Shown here in pieces: positions 1 to 11,800 of a stretch of 64,000 nt of DNA. Within the stretch, counting starts at the first letter, position 1; each line of letters opens with the position of its first letter. A model generated the notes under the pieces. It searched no databases. It saw nothing but the letters and a program-made list of their open reading frames with translations, and was not told where the DNA came from. Source of the stretch: Bacteroidales bacterium (GTDB taxonomy: Bacteria; Bacteroidota; Bacteroidia; Bacteroidales; UBA5342); the NCBI GenBank assembly GCA_041584055.1, contig JBFHER010000001.1:17143-81142 (forward strand). The letters are read 5' to 3'. A program made the translations under genes and the position numbers.

Positions 1-917
1 TTGGTGCTTTCATAGGGGTGAATCTACTTTCTGCCCTGAAAGATCCTGCCACTGATTTTTCATTGTTTATTGTAGATAATCAGTCTTTAGCACTTGATTC
101 TTCATTGTTTGTTGCTGAATTACCAAATGGGAGATTTCAGATTTTGGCCTACGACCATCAGGAAGAAAAGCTTGTTAACATGTTAGGAAGTGAATACAAA
201 GGCATCTTTAAGCGTAGATTGTTTGGTCAGATTGGGGTACAACCGATATTAGGGCTGGCAAAACGTGAGTTTGTAGAAACGCTGGATGGCCGTCATATTG
301 TGGTGCAGAATGATACTGTCTCCGGAGGAGCTCCATCACAGTTTGGCTTTAATTCTGGTCGGGATACAACCGTTGTTTTTACCGAAATAGCCGATTTTCC
401 AATCACCAATGGCCACGTTTATGAATGTGATGGTTGGTTTGAATTCCCAACAAAGAATACCTATGAATATTTAAGAAATACGAAATTCCTAACCTTACTA
501 AATAAAGTTGGGCTTGCAAGTACTTTGAATCAACGGCTCACCTTTATGGATCCAACCGAGCGTTATACAATATTCGTACCTTCAGATGCTGCCTTAAATA
601 GTATTCAGGTGGATACGCTTTCGTTGGTGGAAATAAAAAAACTTGTGAGTTTTCACATTGTGAAAGGAGAGTTGATTTTTACAGATGGCCGATTGCCGCA
701 GAAGGCTTATCGTACACTTGATAATCAGTTTCTAAATCTTAATCCTCAGCCTGATAACCTGCTGATATTAGACAAGAATAATGATGTGTATTATGATAAG
801 TTAGTATTGTCCTCCAGGTCGAATTTAATGGGAATGTACCAGCAAAACCTTTCTGAAAAGTACTATTTATCAAATGCTGTGGTGCATCAAATCGATGCAG
901 TTATTCTGCCTTATTAG
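1..917 (+). CDS. Fasciclin (FAS1) domain protein, 5'-truncated by window edge
   Basis: The frame is open from base 3 with no stop before the GTG at 18, so the gene probably starts upstream of the window. FAS1 hallmarks: 'YTIFVPSDAALNS', 'LVSFHIVKGEL', 'NAVVHQIDAVILP'. Confidence 0.75.
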   Translation, partial: GAFIGVNLLSALKDPATDFSLFIVDNQSLALDSSLFVAELPNGRFQILAYDHQEEKLVNMLGSEYKGIFKRRLFGQIGVQPILGLAKREFVETLDGRHIVVQNDTVSGGAPSQFGFNSGRDTTVVFTEIADFPITNGHVYECDGWFEFPTKNTYEYLRNTKFLTLLNKVGLASTLNQRLTFMDPTERYTIFVPSDAALNSIQVDTLSLVEIKKLVSFHIVKGELIFTDGRLPQKAYRTLDNQFLNLNPQPDNLLILDKNNDVYYDKLVLSSRSNLMGMYQQNLSEKYYLSNAVVHQIDAVILPY

Positions 918-961
918 AGGATGTTACGCTTGCAAAATTGTAAAAAGATTAAATTAAAAAT

Positions 962-3900
962 ATGAAACATTTACTGTTGCTATTATGCATGGCAGCTTTT
1001 GCTACCCAGATGAATGCCCAAAACCATATTGTACGTGGTAAGGTAAGTGATGCATCGGGTGGGATTATTGGGGCTACCGTTGTTGAACTTGATGCCAACG
1101 AAAGGATTATAACTGGTACAATTACAAATATTGATGGTGATTATACAATACAGGTTTCCAATCCTGATGCAACCATTCAGTTTAGCTTTATTGGTTATAA
1201 AACCGTGATTGAACCTGTGAAGGGGAGGTCTACGATTGACATGACCATAGTGCCAAATGAAATCACCATGAAAGAATTTGTTGTTACTGCAGTTGCCAGT
1301 GCTCAGGCCATAACAGGTGTCAACACCAGAGATCAAACCGGCTCATCAACCCTTGTTAAAATGGAAGGAGTACAAAGTACAACAGTGTCAAATATTGGGG
1401 ATGCACTGCAAGGACAGGTGGCTGGTCTCGACATTGTTGGCGGAGGTAGCCCGGGGAGTGGCTCAAGCATCGTTATACGTGGTCTGGGGAGCTTGAGTGG
1501 AAGTAACCCGCTTGTTGTTGTTGATGGTATTATTCAGAGAGTTAGTACCAGTGATCTCGATTTTGCCTCGGCGGATGAAGAGGACATAGGTATGCTTGTG
1601 AGCATTGCTCCTGAAGACATTAAATCAGTGCGTGTATTGAAAGATGCTGCCGAAACGGCTGTGTATGGGACACAAGGTGCCAATGGTGTTTTGGAGATTG
1701 AAACAAATAAAGGTATGAGAGGGAAAACCGTGTTTGATGCCAGTTATAAAAAATCATTGTCCTTTGAACCTCCTCGGATCCCAATGTTAAACGGAGATGA
1801 GTATGTAATGCTTCAACAGGAAATGTATCACAATCGCTATGGTGTAATTGATTTAACTCCTGAAATCTCAAATGATGTCGATTATCTCGATTATTATAAT
1901 TATGCACAGAACACTGATTGGGTGGATGATATAACACGTCTCGGGCAGATTGATGACTTTGGGTTTAAGCTTTCAGGAGGTGGAGATAAAACATCTTATT
2001 ATGCCTCTGTGAACTATCAAAACAATATAGGAACTGTTAAAAATACAGCCAATAGACGTTTTACAACACGTGTTAACCTCGGTTATAAAATATCAAACAA
2101 GTTGAATCTGAATACAACCATCAGTTATGTGAATATGTATAAGGATGACAACTGGTCAAGCGAAGGAAATGTTCGCTCCATGGCATATCGAAAAGCACCC
2201 AACATGGCCATTTACGAACACACCCCGGATGGTGTTAAAACCAACGAATTTTTTACCCCGATTGAAAACTATCAGGGCAATGGAATCGAAAACTTTAATC
2301 CCAGCGCGGTGGTTGCTTTAAGTGACAATGATCAGCAAAATAACGATTTTCAGACCAACTTTACACTGAGGTATAACCCCAATGAGTGGCTGACAATGAG
2401 GCAAGTAATGTCCTTTCAGTTTCAGAATTCAAAGCGGCTCGAATTTTTGCCTTATACTGCCATTGGAGCTGTTTGGTTGGATTCCGAGAATAATTCATCC
2501 ATGGAACGCAATTCTACCGGGACATTGTTGAGCTCACAAACCTATCTGAACTTTACTGCTTTAAAAAACAACACGCATGTTTTGAGTGGAATGCTTATGT
2601 TCGAAACCACCCAAAACAAAGATGAGTATATTCAAACGGCGACGGGGAGTGGGCCAAGTACAGCAATTACTGATCCTGCTGCCAGTCCGATGCGTTCAAG
2701 CCTCACCTCCGGTTCATCTGTTGTGAACACGGTTGGATTCCTGGGCAATCTGCACTATAAATTATTAGATCGACATATTTTTCAGGTAAACATGAGAAGT
2801 GATGCAAGTTCGCGTTTTGGCACAAGTTCGCGATGGGGGTATTTCCCAAGTGTTTCTTATGCCTGGCGTTTTTCTGGAGAACCTTTTCTGGATAATTGGC
2901 GCTTTCTTGATGACAGTAAGTTGCGTGTAAGTTACGGTCTGTCAGGTAACTCTGATGTGAAAGCTTACGATCGCCATGGTCTGTATGGATCTACCGGAAA
3001 AGGTGGATATATGGATTTGCAAAGCGTAATCCCAACGCAAGCACAACTCCAAAGACTGCAATGGGAAACAAAAACAACGCTTAATGTGGGGATTGATGTT
3101 TCTTTTTTTGAATATAGATTGAACGTGATTGGGGAGTACTATGATAATATCACAGAAAATATTCTGTGGCCAAACTACAAACTCCCAAGTTCGGCTGGAT
3201 TTACAACCCTTAAACAGTTTAACGATGGAAAAATTCAAAATTCAGGATTTGAGTTTACTACTAATGTAACTGCAATCAAGCAGAAGAACCTTACAGTGAG
3301 TTTAAACTATAACATATTCTTCAATGAAAATAAATTCCTGAGTTTCCCATCTAACATTATTGATGAGCAAACGGATATAAGTAATGGCAAATATCCAGTT
3401 AAAGCAGAAATAGGAAAACCTGTTGGCTCTTTCTTCGGTTTCCGTTATGAAGGCGTCTATCCAACCACTGCCGATGCGGTTGCACACAATGCCGATGGTT
3501 CCGTAAAACTGGATCCATATGGAAAACCGATTCCAATGTTTTATGGCGGGCAAACTTCATATAGGTTTGAGGGTGGCGATGCCAAATATCAGGATGTAAA
3601 TTACGATGGGATCATTGATTTGAACGATGTTGTCTATCTAGGGGACTCAAATCCTGATTTTGCCGGAGGATTTGGCTTTAATGTTGGATACAAAGGTTTA
3701 CAATTGAATGCTCAATTCCTTTATCGATATGGCTACCAGATTGTTAACCAGGTGGCCTTGAATGCAGAAAGCATGTCAAATAAGGACAATCAAAGTATCG
3801 CAGTTCTAAATCGCTGGCGGGTTTCTGGTGATGATTATCCCAATATGATTCCGCGTGCTTATCAGGGGCATCCGGCTAATAACCTTGGCTCAGATCGCTA

Positions 3901-4156
3901 CGTTGAAGATGCAAGTTTCCTGCGTCTGAACAATGTATCTCTGAATTACACATTCCCGTCAAGCTTCGTTAAAGCTATGAATGTTAGAAGTATGCGCGTG
4001 GGAATTCAGGCAAGAAAGCTATTTACCTTTACAAATTACACTGGGCAGGATCCCGAAGTACAAATGAAGCGAGAGGATGCCCTGTGGTTTGGAAAAGATA
4101 CAGGAACCGTTCCTCCTCCAATCGTTACTGCACTCAACATCTCCGTGGGTTTCTAG
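962..4156 (+). CDS. SusC/RagA-family TonB-dependent outer-membrane transporter (pair 1)
   Basis: 1064 aa with a signal peptide. CarboxypepD_reg-like N-terminus ('VRGKVSDASGGIIGATVV..DGDYTI'). Plug motifs 'IVIRGLGSLSGSNPLVVVDGI' and 'VLKDAAETAVYGTQGANGVLEIET'. Long beta-barrel ending in an aromatic residue ('LNISVGF'). Confidence 0.95.
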   Translation: MKHLLLLLCMAAFATQMNAQNHIVRGKVSDASGGIIGATVVELDANERIITGTITNIDGDYTIQVSNPDATIQFSFIGYKTVIEPVKGRSTIDMTIVPNEITMKEFVVTAVASAQAITGVNTRDQTGSSTLVKMEGVQSTTVSNIGDALQGQVAGLDIVGGGSPGSGSSIVIRGLGSLSGSNPLVVVDGIIQRVSTSDLDFASADEEDIGMLVSIAPEDIKSVRVLKDAAETAVYGTQGANGVLEIETNKGMRGKTVFDASYKKSLSFEPPRIPMLNGDEYVMLQQEMYHNRYGVIDLTPEISNDVDYLDYYNYAQNTDWVDDITRLGQIDDFGFKLSGGGDKTSYYASVNYQNNIGTVKNTANRRFTTRVNLGYKISNKLNLNTTISYVNMYKDDNWSSEGNVRSMAYRKAPNMAIYEHTPDGVKTNEFFTPIENYQGNGIENFNPSAVVALSDNDQQNNDFQTNFTLRYNPNEWLTMRQVMSFQFQNSKRLEFLPYTAIGAVWLDSENNSSMERNSTGTLLSSQTYLNFTALKNNTHVLSGMLMFETTQNKDEYIQTATGSGPSTAITDPAASPMRSSLTSGSSVVNTVGFLGNLHYKLLDRHIFQVNMRSDASSRFGTSSRWGYFPSVSYAWRFSGEPFLDNWRFLDDSKLRVSYGLSGNSDVKAYDRHGLYGSTGKGGYMDLQSVIPTQAQLQRLQWETKTTLNVGIDVSFFEYRLNVIGEYYDNITENILWPNYKLPSSAGFTTLKQFNDGKIQNSGFEFTTNVTAIKQKNLTVSLNYNIFFNENKFLSFPSNIIDEQTDISNGKYPVKAEIGKPVGSFFGFRYEGVYPTTADAVAHNADGSVKLDPYGKPIPMFYGGQTSYRFEGGDAKYQDVNYDGIIDLNDVVYLGDSNPDFAGGFGFNVGYKGLQLNAQFLYRYGYQIVNQVALNAESMSNKDNQSIAVLNRWRVSGDDYPNMIPRAYQGHPANNLGSDRYVEDASFLRLNNVSLNYTFPSSFVKAMNVRSMRVGIQARKLFTFTNYTGQDPEVQMKREDALWFGKDTGTVPPPIVTALNISVGF

Positions 4157-4205
4157 TTTTGGAGTTTATATTTTTAAGAGATTATAATTATCAATCATAA
4201 CAATT

Positions 4206-5696
4206 ATGAAACAACAATTATCACGATACATAAGCATCAAAGCATCGATTTTAGTGATCCTCTTTGGCGTATCATTATCATCGTGTGAGGATTTTTTAGA
4301 TCAAAAACCGACGGATGGCTTAGTGCTTGAGGAATATTGGAAAAACAAAGAAGAAGTTCTTTCTACCCTCGGTGGTGCATACCAACTTTTTTCGGAGTTG
4401 GATTACCTGCTTTTCATTCATGGCGAGATACGGGGAGATATGTTGCAACCAAACGGTACCAGAACAGGTGCTTCGGAAAGGGCAGTGATGTCTGCAAATA
4501 TTGAAACAAATCAATGGTTTGCACGCTGGGATAATTTTTACAAAACAATTAATGTGTGCAATCATGTTATAGAATTAACCCCTGAGGTCGAGGACCCAAC
4601 ATTCACTGATTATCTCAAACAGCAGATGATATCTGAAGCTACCTTTTTACGAAGTCTTTGTTACTTTTATCTGGTCCGCGTCTGGAAAGATGTGCCTTTT
4701 GTAACGGAGCCAACCAAGACGGATGAAGGTGAGTTTTTTCCAGGTTTAACATCAGGTGAGGACATTCTTAAAAGTATAAAGGCGGATCTCATCGATATTC
4801 GTAATAAAATGCCTGATCATCCAAGCATAGAAAAATCAAAGTCGCGTGCCACTGCAGGTGCCGTAAATGCTTTATTGGCAGATATATCGTTGTGGAATTT
4901 TGAGTATGACGAGTGTATCAGCTACATCGATGCGGTTGAAAACAGTGGACAATACTTTTTATTGCCTGCAACCGAATGGTATCACAATTATAATCCTGGG
5001 TTCACCCTTGAGAATATTTTTGAAATCTTTTTTGATCAGCCAGCAGGACAGGGGAATAATTTCGCCGACAGAACATATTCATCCTCTGCAGCAGGAATCT
5101 ATTATTTCGCCAGTGATTATGCGCAGGAGATATTAAGTGTTGAAACAACAGAAGCAGGAGAATTAATCAGAGGGAATGGGTCATTATCAACGAACCATCA
5201 AATCTGGAAGTTTGCCGGAGCAATTGCCGATAAAAGCACCTTGCGCCCTTCAAACGCGAGTACCAGTGCTAATTTTATTGTGTATCGATTGGCAGATCTT
5301 TACCTCATGAAGGCAGAAGCATATTCTCAAAAGGAATCGCCGGATTTTCCCAGGGCACTGGAGTATCTGAATGCAGTGAGAGTACGCTCAAACATGCAAC
5401 CCTATGCCCAGTTTTCCAGGGCACAGGATTTTGAAGATGCCATTTTGTTGGAACGTGCAAAAGAATTAGCCTTCGAAGGTAAGCGTTGGTTCGACTTATT
5501 GCGGATGGGTAGAAGAAACGATTATGCCAGAAAAGAGAATCTTATCGAGATATTAATCCAGAATGTTCCTTCAACGCAGAAACTGGTGCTAAAATCGCGT
5601 TTGAGTGACCCAAATGGCTGGTATATGCCAATCCATAGCACCGAGATTGATAGAAATAAAAACTTGACGCAAAATCCATATTACGATGAAAATTAA
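4206..5696 (+). CDS. SusD/RagB-family nutrient-binding lipoprotein (pair 1)
   Basis: Lipobox and typical SusD start 'LSSCEDFLDQKP'. 'FLRSLCYFYLVRVWKDVPF'. C-terminal 'ERAKELAFEGKRWFDLLRMGR'. Lies immediately downstream of SusC. Confidence 0.93.
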   Translation: MKQQLSRYISIKASILVILFGVSLSSCEDFLDQKPTDGLVLEEYWKNKEEVLSTLGGAYQLFSELDYLLFIHGEIRGDMLQPNGTRTGASERAVMSANIETNQWFARWDNFYKTINVCNHVIELTPEVEDPTFTDYLKQQMISEATFLRSLCYFYLVRVWKDVPFVTEPTKTDEGEFFPGLTSGEDILKSIKADLIDIRNKMPDHPSIEKSKSRATAGAVNALLADISLWNFEYDECISYIDAVENSGQYFLLPATEWYHNYNPGFTLENIFEIFFDQPAGQGNNFADRTYSSSAAGIYYFASDYAQEILSVETTEAGELIRGNGSLSTNHQIWKFAGAIADKSTLRPSNASTSANFIVYRLADLYLMKAEAYSQKESPDFPRALEYLNAVRVRSNMQPYAQFSRAQDFEDAILLERAKELAFEGKRWFDLLRMGRRNDYARKENLIEILIQNVPSTQKLVLKSRLSDPNGWYMPIHSTEIDRNKNLTQNPYYDEN

Positions 5697-7266
5697 TAGA
5701 AATTATTTCAACAGGAAGTTGATATATGTCTTTTGGGTAGCGTTATTCGGCCTTGTGTCATGCAATAACGATGATGAAGCAGATGTTCTTTTTACAGGTG
5801 ATTCGTACCAAAATATCATGCAATACATTGAAGAAAATCAAGACTATAGTTCTTTTACTAAGATTGTGTATGCCGGAAAAATGGTGGATGCCTTAAGTGC
5901 TTATAATAGCAACGGAGGTGTAGGCTATACTTTGTTCTTACCAACGAACGAGGCGATCACAAAATTTATTAGCGAAAGTGATCGATATACATCTTTTGAA
6001 GCATTGCTGGCGGATACCGAATATGCTGCAGAGATTGTTCGTTATCACCTGGTGAACGGAAATACGCCTTCCAAAGACTTTCCAAATGGAGCACTTGAGA
6101 GTAAAACAATTTCAAATTATTTCTTAACAATAACCTTCAGAGAGGAAAATGGGGTAATATCCTTTGCAGTGAACGATGTTTCGAAGGTGTTAACGACCGA
6201 TATTGTTCTTGACAATGGTACAATCCATACAATCGATAAGATGCTGACACCAGTTGTTTTTACATCCTTTCAGTGGATTGAGCAAGGCAGCGATTTCAGT
6301 ATTTTTTCTGAATTATTAAAAAAATGTGGTTTGGAAGATACTTTAAATGCCTTTGAATTAGATGAATTAGGGCGTGAAATCTACTCAGAATATACCTTGA
6401 TGGCCGAATCAAATTCACTTTATGAAAGTAAAGGAATTTCATCATTCGACGATTTAATCCATGCCATTGATCCTGCAGCGACTGCGTCGCAGGATTTTAC
6501 AAGCTTATCGAATGCAATTAATAAATACGCGCGCTATCACATATTGGAAAAAAGTGTGTTCCTTGATGAGTTTGCCACTGAAGTGTACAATACTTATGGT
6601 GAGCTTCCGCTGTCAGTTGATCTGGATGATATTCTAAAAGTGAATACTGGCGTCATGGTATTTGATACAATCATTGGTGCCGGAGATACGGTCCTTGTAA
6701 ATTACTTGCAAATCAATACAGAAGAAAGCAACATTGTTACGCGAAGCGGTGCGATTCATCAATTAGATCAGCTTTTGTTTCCTTATCTGCCCGGCCGAAA
6801 AACGGTGACATATCAGTTTTACGAAGAGCCGGTGATTAATGGTTTAAAAGACATTGAAGGCAATCATACAATCAGCGATGATGACCTGGAATTTATCAGT
6901 TTAATTGGGATAAAGAATTTAACCTTTGTGAAATCACCCACAGAAATTACAGGGAACTCCAATAATGACTACATTGAACTATCAGGCGACGTGGATTTCA
7001 GTTTTGTTACACCAAAGATTTTGGCAGGACGGTATACTTTAAAAATCGTAATTCAACGCGGCTATTCATACCTGGCAAATGTACAGACGTATGTGGATGG
7101 AAAAAAGGTAGGCGTCGTGCTTGATCCAACAACGGATACCCGGGTATTTAGAACGTTTCCACTGGGGACCGTGGAATTCTCCGATTTTAGCACTCATACA
7201 GTTAAAATAAGGACCATTATTCCAGGTCGTGTACTTTTAGACCGCATCATATTTGAACCAATTTAA
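5686..7266 (+). CDS. Lipoprotein with two FAS1 (fasciclin) domains and a C-terminal beta-sandwich (CBM-like) region
   Basis: Lipobox 'LVSCNNDD'. FAS1 repeat 1: 'YTLFLPTNEAITKF','RYHLVNG','GTIHTIDKMLTP'. Repeat 2: 'RYHILEKS','GAIHQLDQLLFP'. The start overlaps the susD-like stop by 11 nt. Confidence 0.85.
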   Translation: MKINRNYFNRKLIYVFWVALFGLVSCNNDDEADVLFTGDSYQNIMQYIEENQDYSSFTKIVYAGKMVDALSAYNSNGGVGYTLFLPTNEAITKFISESDRYTSFEALLADTEYAAEIVRYHLVNGNTPSKDFPNGALESKTISNYFLTITFREENGVISFAVNDVSKVLTTDIVLDNGTIHTIDKMLTPVVFTSFQWIEQGSDFSIFSELLKKCGLEDTLNAFELDELGREIYSEYTLMAESNSLYESKGISSFDDLIHAIDPAATASQDFTSLSNAINKYARYHILEKSVFLDEFATEVYNTYGELPLSVDLDDILKVNTGVMVFDTIIGAGDTVLVNYLQINTEESNIVTRSGAIHQLDQLLFPYLPGRKTVTYQFYEEPVINGLKDIEGNHTISDDDLEFISLIGIKNLTFVKSPTEITGNSNNDYIELSGDVDFSFVTPKILAGRYTLKIVIQRGYSYLANVQTYVDGKKVGVVLDPTTDTRVFRTFPLGTVEFSDFSTHTVKIRTIIPGRVLLDRIIFEPI

Positions 7267-7302
7267 TGTCAAAGCAATAGAATCAAAAAAACAAGCAATC
7301 AT

Positions 7303-8856
7303 ATGATTAATAAAATAAGTTTATTTCTACTGTTGTCCATCCTGTTTTTTTCGTGTCAGGAAGAAATTGATGAATACTATTATGAGGGGACAGAAGCTTC
7401 TGTTGATACTGATATTTTGACCTTGTTGAAAGAGAAGCCGGAATATTCTGAGTTTGTGTCTCTTTTGGAACAGTTTAGGGTTGACACTTTGCTTGAGCAG
7501 GGAAAGATCTTCACATTCTTTGTGCCTAACAACAGTGCCATGGAAACCATGGAGAACGGCACATTGGGGGATAAAGAGTTAGTTGAATACCTGATCACAG
7601 AATCCTATGTAAATCTGAATCAAATTGTTGGTCAGAATAAAATACAAACACAGGGGGGAAAGTTTGCGCTTATTCAGCAAGTAGGAGGGGCTAGCTATAC
7701 ATTTGATGGAATTGCCATCGTAAATGGAGGACCTTTAACCAATAACGGACGTTACTATGAAATTGCAAAGGTTGCGGAACCAAAGCCAAGTTTGTATCAA
7801 TACATTGCGGCAACAAACGATTTCTATCGTTCTTACCTGGATTCCAGAGATTCCATCTACCTTGACAAAGAGTTGAGTACGCCCATTGGTTATACGAATG
7901 ATGGTTTAACCATTTACGATACGGTGCTGACAACAGTTAATTTGTTTGAGGAATTCTATTTCCCTGTTTCGGAAGAGTTCAGAGACTACAAAGCAACAAT
8001 GCTTTTATTTACTCAGGAGCAATACGACAATGCTCTTGAAATTGTGGCTAACGCGTTAAACATCCCTCTGGGAAACATCCCCGGCATTTGGCAAAATGAG
8101 GTGTTAATGCCTTACCTGCTGGAACAGAGCGTGTTTAGAAATTCACTTCCCTACTCTGCATTTTCAAAGGGGCGGGCTAAAAACATTCTTGGGGATAGTG
8201 TGGATGTAAATCCGCAGAATATTACGTTTGAATCTTTTGAATGTAGCAATGGGAGAGCATATAACTTTATTGACTTTCAAGTGCCTGAATTTCTGTATAA
8301 AGTAAACGATTCCATCGCGATGTCATCACTTTTATACAATAAAGGTTCCGACCTTTGGGGATGGAATGATGATGTGACCGTAACCGGCCAGACATTTAAT
8401 CCGCTTCGTGTTGCAAATGCCAATTCTATCTTTGGTAGTACCTTACTGATTGATATGGGTAAAAGCTTTAACGGAAATTTCTCATTTGCATATACCCACA
8501 AGAATATATTCCCGGCAACGTACAAGTTAACGATACGCGCCAATGTTAGTAAAACAGGTATTTATAATATTTATGTTAATGGCAAACACTATCCTGTGGA
8601 TATTAATGATGGCAAAGGTCCGCAGTACGATTTTGATTTCTTTAACCTTAGGTCCGGGGTTGTTAGCCCTGTGACAAACAAGTATTACCCTTTCGAAAAC
8701 AACTTCTGTAAGTTTGATATTTTAGTAGATAACATAACAGAATTTGGGGATGTTGAGGTTAAACTTGATTATGTTAAGCCCAGTCAACGAAACAGTAATA
8801 ATTGCGGTCTCAATATCGATTTTATTTCTCTGGAATATTTAAATAACGGTAATTAA
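7303..8856 (+). CDS. FAS1 (fasciclin) domain lipoprotein with C-terminal beta-sandwich region
   Basis: Lipobox 'FFSCQEE'. FAS1 motif 'FTFFVPNNSAMETM'. The C-terminal third ('TYKLTIRANVSKTGIYNIYVNGK...NIDFISLEYL') resembles the tail of the preceding FAS1 protein. Confidence 0.8.
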   Translation: MINKISLFLLLSILFFSCQEEIDEYYYEGTEASVDTDILTLLKEKPEYSEFVSLLEQFRVDTLLEQGKIFTFFVPNNSAMETMENGTLGDKELVEYLITESYVNLNQIVGQNKIQTQGGKFALIQQVGGASYTFDGIAIVNGGPLTNNGRYYEIAKVAEPKPSLYQYIAATNDFYRSYLDSRDSIYLDKELSTPIGYTNDGLTIYDTVLTTVNLFEEFYFPVSEEFRDYKATMLLFTQEQYDNALEIVANALNIPLGNIPGIWQNEVLMPYLLEQSVFRNSLPYSAFSKGRAKNILGDSVDVNPQNITFESFECSNGRAYNFIDFQVPEFLYKVNDSIAMSSLLYNKGSDLWGWNDDVTVTGQTFNPLRVANANSIFGSTLLIDMGKSFNGNFSFAYTHKNIFPATYKLTIRANVSKTGIYNIYVNGKHYPVDINDGKGPQYDFDFFNLRSGVVSPVTNKYYPFENNFCKFDILVDNITEFGDVEVKLDYVKPSQRNSNNCGLNIDFISLEYLNNGN

Positions 8857-8891
8857 TAAGTTCTTTTTAAGGAACACAATAATAGTATAAC

Positions 8892-11800
8892 ATGAACAGA
8901 CTATTAACCAAATTTGCTTTCGTAATACTAACCTTATTTTTGACCTTACCCGGCTTTGGGCAAAGTACAAAAATGATTTCAGGACTTGTTTTGAATGATG
9001 CCAAACAGCCTGTAAGTCAGGTAACCATTAATATTCCCGGTTCAAAACCAGTGTACACCGGAGAGGATGGTGTGTTTTCGATCCCACGGGTCGATAAAAA
9101 GGAATGGCTTTTTGTAACTCCGCTCGAAGGAGAAGGGTACAACCCGAAGAAAATCCTCTTAATCGACCAGGAACAAATTACGATATATCTGACAAGCAGT
9201 GATATAGAGTCACCCTATGCAGAAGTACTTACACCGCTGGATAATAAAACAAGTCGGGACATCATCTCTTCTTTTAATGTTTTAGAGCCTGACAAATTCG
9301 TAAATATGCCTTATACATCCACCGAACAATACCTGCAGGGTAATGTTTCAGGTACTTTTGTTACCCAATCATCAGGCATGCCTGGCAGTGGGGCAAGTGT
9401 GAATATTCGTGGCTATTCGTCTTTTCTTTCAAATAACCAACCTTTGTATATCATCGATGGTTTACCAATTGAAAACAGCAATATTTACGATGGTTTACTT
9501 GAAGGTGTTAATTTCAGTCCCATTTCAACTCTTGATCCACTGGATGTTTCTGAAATTACAGTTTTGAAAGATGCTGCTGCTACTGCGTTGTATGGTGCGA
9601 AAGGGGCCAATGGTGTGGTGATTATCAAAACACTGGAGCCAAAAGAAACAAAAACAACAATTAATTTTCTATACCGAACAGGCCTATCGTTAGCCCCGGA
9701 GCAGCTTCCTCAGCTCAATGCCAAAGCTTATAAAACCCTAGCGAATGAAATGCTATTTTCAAGCGGGATGGCAGAAGAAGAATACAAGGACAGCTATCCT
9801 GGTTTATTTTTAACCTCTGCTGATAATGATTTTATTCGTTACAATCACAACAAAAACTGGCAGGATGAAGTCTTTAATAATGCGGTAATGAACAATGTGC
9901 GTTTCTCTATAAAGGGAGGGGATGCTATTGCTAAATATGGTTTATCTGTTGGGTATTTAAAGAACAACGGCATTGTAAAAAATACCTCGTACGATCGCTT
10001 GAATATCCGACTGATTGGTGCTTTTGACATATTCTCATGGTTAAAAATGGATGTGGCTTCAAACTTAACAACCAGTACGTCATTCCTCGAAGAATCAGGT
10101 CTGTCTCCTGTAACCAATCCCCTGTTATCAGCTTTGTGGAAGAGCCCGATGTTAAATCCCTACGAGTATGATGATGATGGCAATCTTTTAAAAATAATTG
10201 ACGAAGTGGATCAATTGGGAACATCCAATCCCACAGCAATTGTTGATTTGTCTGAAGCGCGCTCGAAGAATTATAGGTTTATGACCTCCGTAAATTTAAC
10301 TGGTGAAATTACAGAAAGTCTTCGGTTTACATCACTCATTGGTTTAAACTCTAGCAATACAAAAGAATCGTTGTTTATTCCTGACAGAGGTTTTGACCTG
10401 CTGTACGATGGTGAGGTGTTTAATGAATCCAAAGGGCAGAACAATTCATTGTTTACCTTTTACAACGACAACCGAATTTTTTATAATAAAGCCATAAATC
10501 GGGTGCATGCCCTGTATGGAGCAATAGGCCTGAGGTGGCAAACGAATCAGTACGATCAGGATTACGGCATTGCAAGAAATACATCAAGTGACTATTTTAC
10601 AAATCTAAATCGCGGGACCAATTTGTTAAATATAATTGGAGGAAATAATCGTGCCTGGAACTGGGGTGCCCTTTATTCCAATTTATCCTATGCATATGCT
10701 GACAAATACTTAGTTTCTGCAATCTTATCTTCTGACATTTCTTCACGCGTTGGTAAAAATGCGGCTAATACCTTAAAAGTTGGGGATATGCCTGTTGGGA
10801 TTTTTTATTCTTTGGCCGGAGCCTGGCGTATTTCTAACGAAAAGTTCTTTGCTGATGTTGATGCCATTGAGGAAGTAAAATTACGCGCTTCCTATGGTGT
10901 TACCGGAAATGATGATGTTGGTGAAGTGAATAGCTTTTCCCATTATCTTGTAAGTCAATATCGGGATGCATCCGTATTGATCCCCGGTGGTCTGGCCAAT
11001 GATGAATTAACGTTCCAAACAAAAAAACAGTTTAATATAGGCCTGGATTTTAGTGTTCTGGCAAACCGGCTTCACTTTACGGTGAATTACTTTGATAATA
11101 AAAATGATAATGTGGTCATCATGGAACTTCAGAACAGTTACCTGGGCTACGATACATACCCCACAAATTCTGCATCTTTTTTTACAACAGGATTTGAAAC
11201 AGAAGCATTTTGGCGTGTTGTGAGTCATACCGATTTTTCATTTGACCTTGGTCTAAACGTTTCTAAATACAGTACGATCATCGATCAGATTGCTTCGGGA
11301 CAGCAAATTGTGGATGCTCCCGGGCAGATGCAAATTATTAACCGTGTTGGTGAGCCGATCAACAGCTTTTATGGGTATCGCTTCAAAGGGGTATATGCAA
11401 CTTCTCAAGAAGCAAACGAAGCAAATATGTACAATTTTAGAAAGTTGCCTTATAGAGCCGGAGATGCGATTTATGAAAATGTTCCAGATGAAAATGGAAA
11501 CCTTGATAATGTTATTGATAAGAATGACAAGCAGGTGCTTGGTTCTTTTGAGCCTGATTTATTTGGAGGCTTCTTCATGAATGCCCGCTATAGAAATATT
11601 AGTCTGAATGTGTTTTTTCAGGGCGTTTATGGAAATGAAGTTTATAATTATTTGAGACAGCAAAATGAAAGCATGACAGGTCTCGAAAATCAGAGCATTA
11701 AAACCTTGCAACGTTGGCAGTATGAAGGTCAGCAAACAATGGTTCCTCAGGCAACCTGGGGTGACCCTATGGGAAACAGCGATTTTTCTGACAGGTGGAT

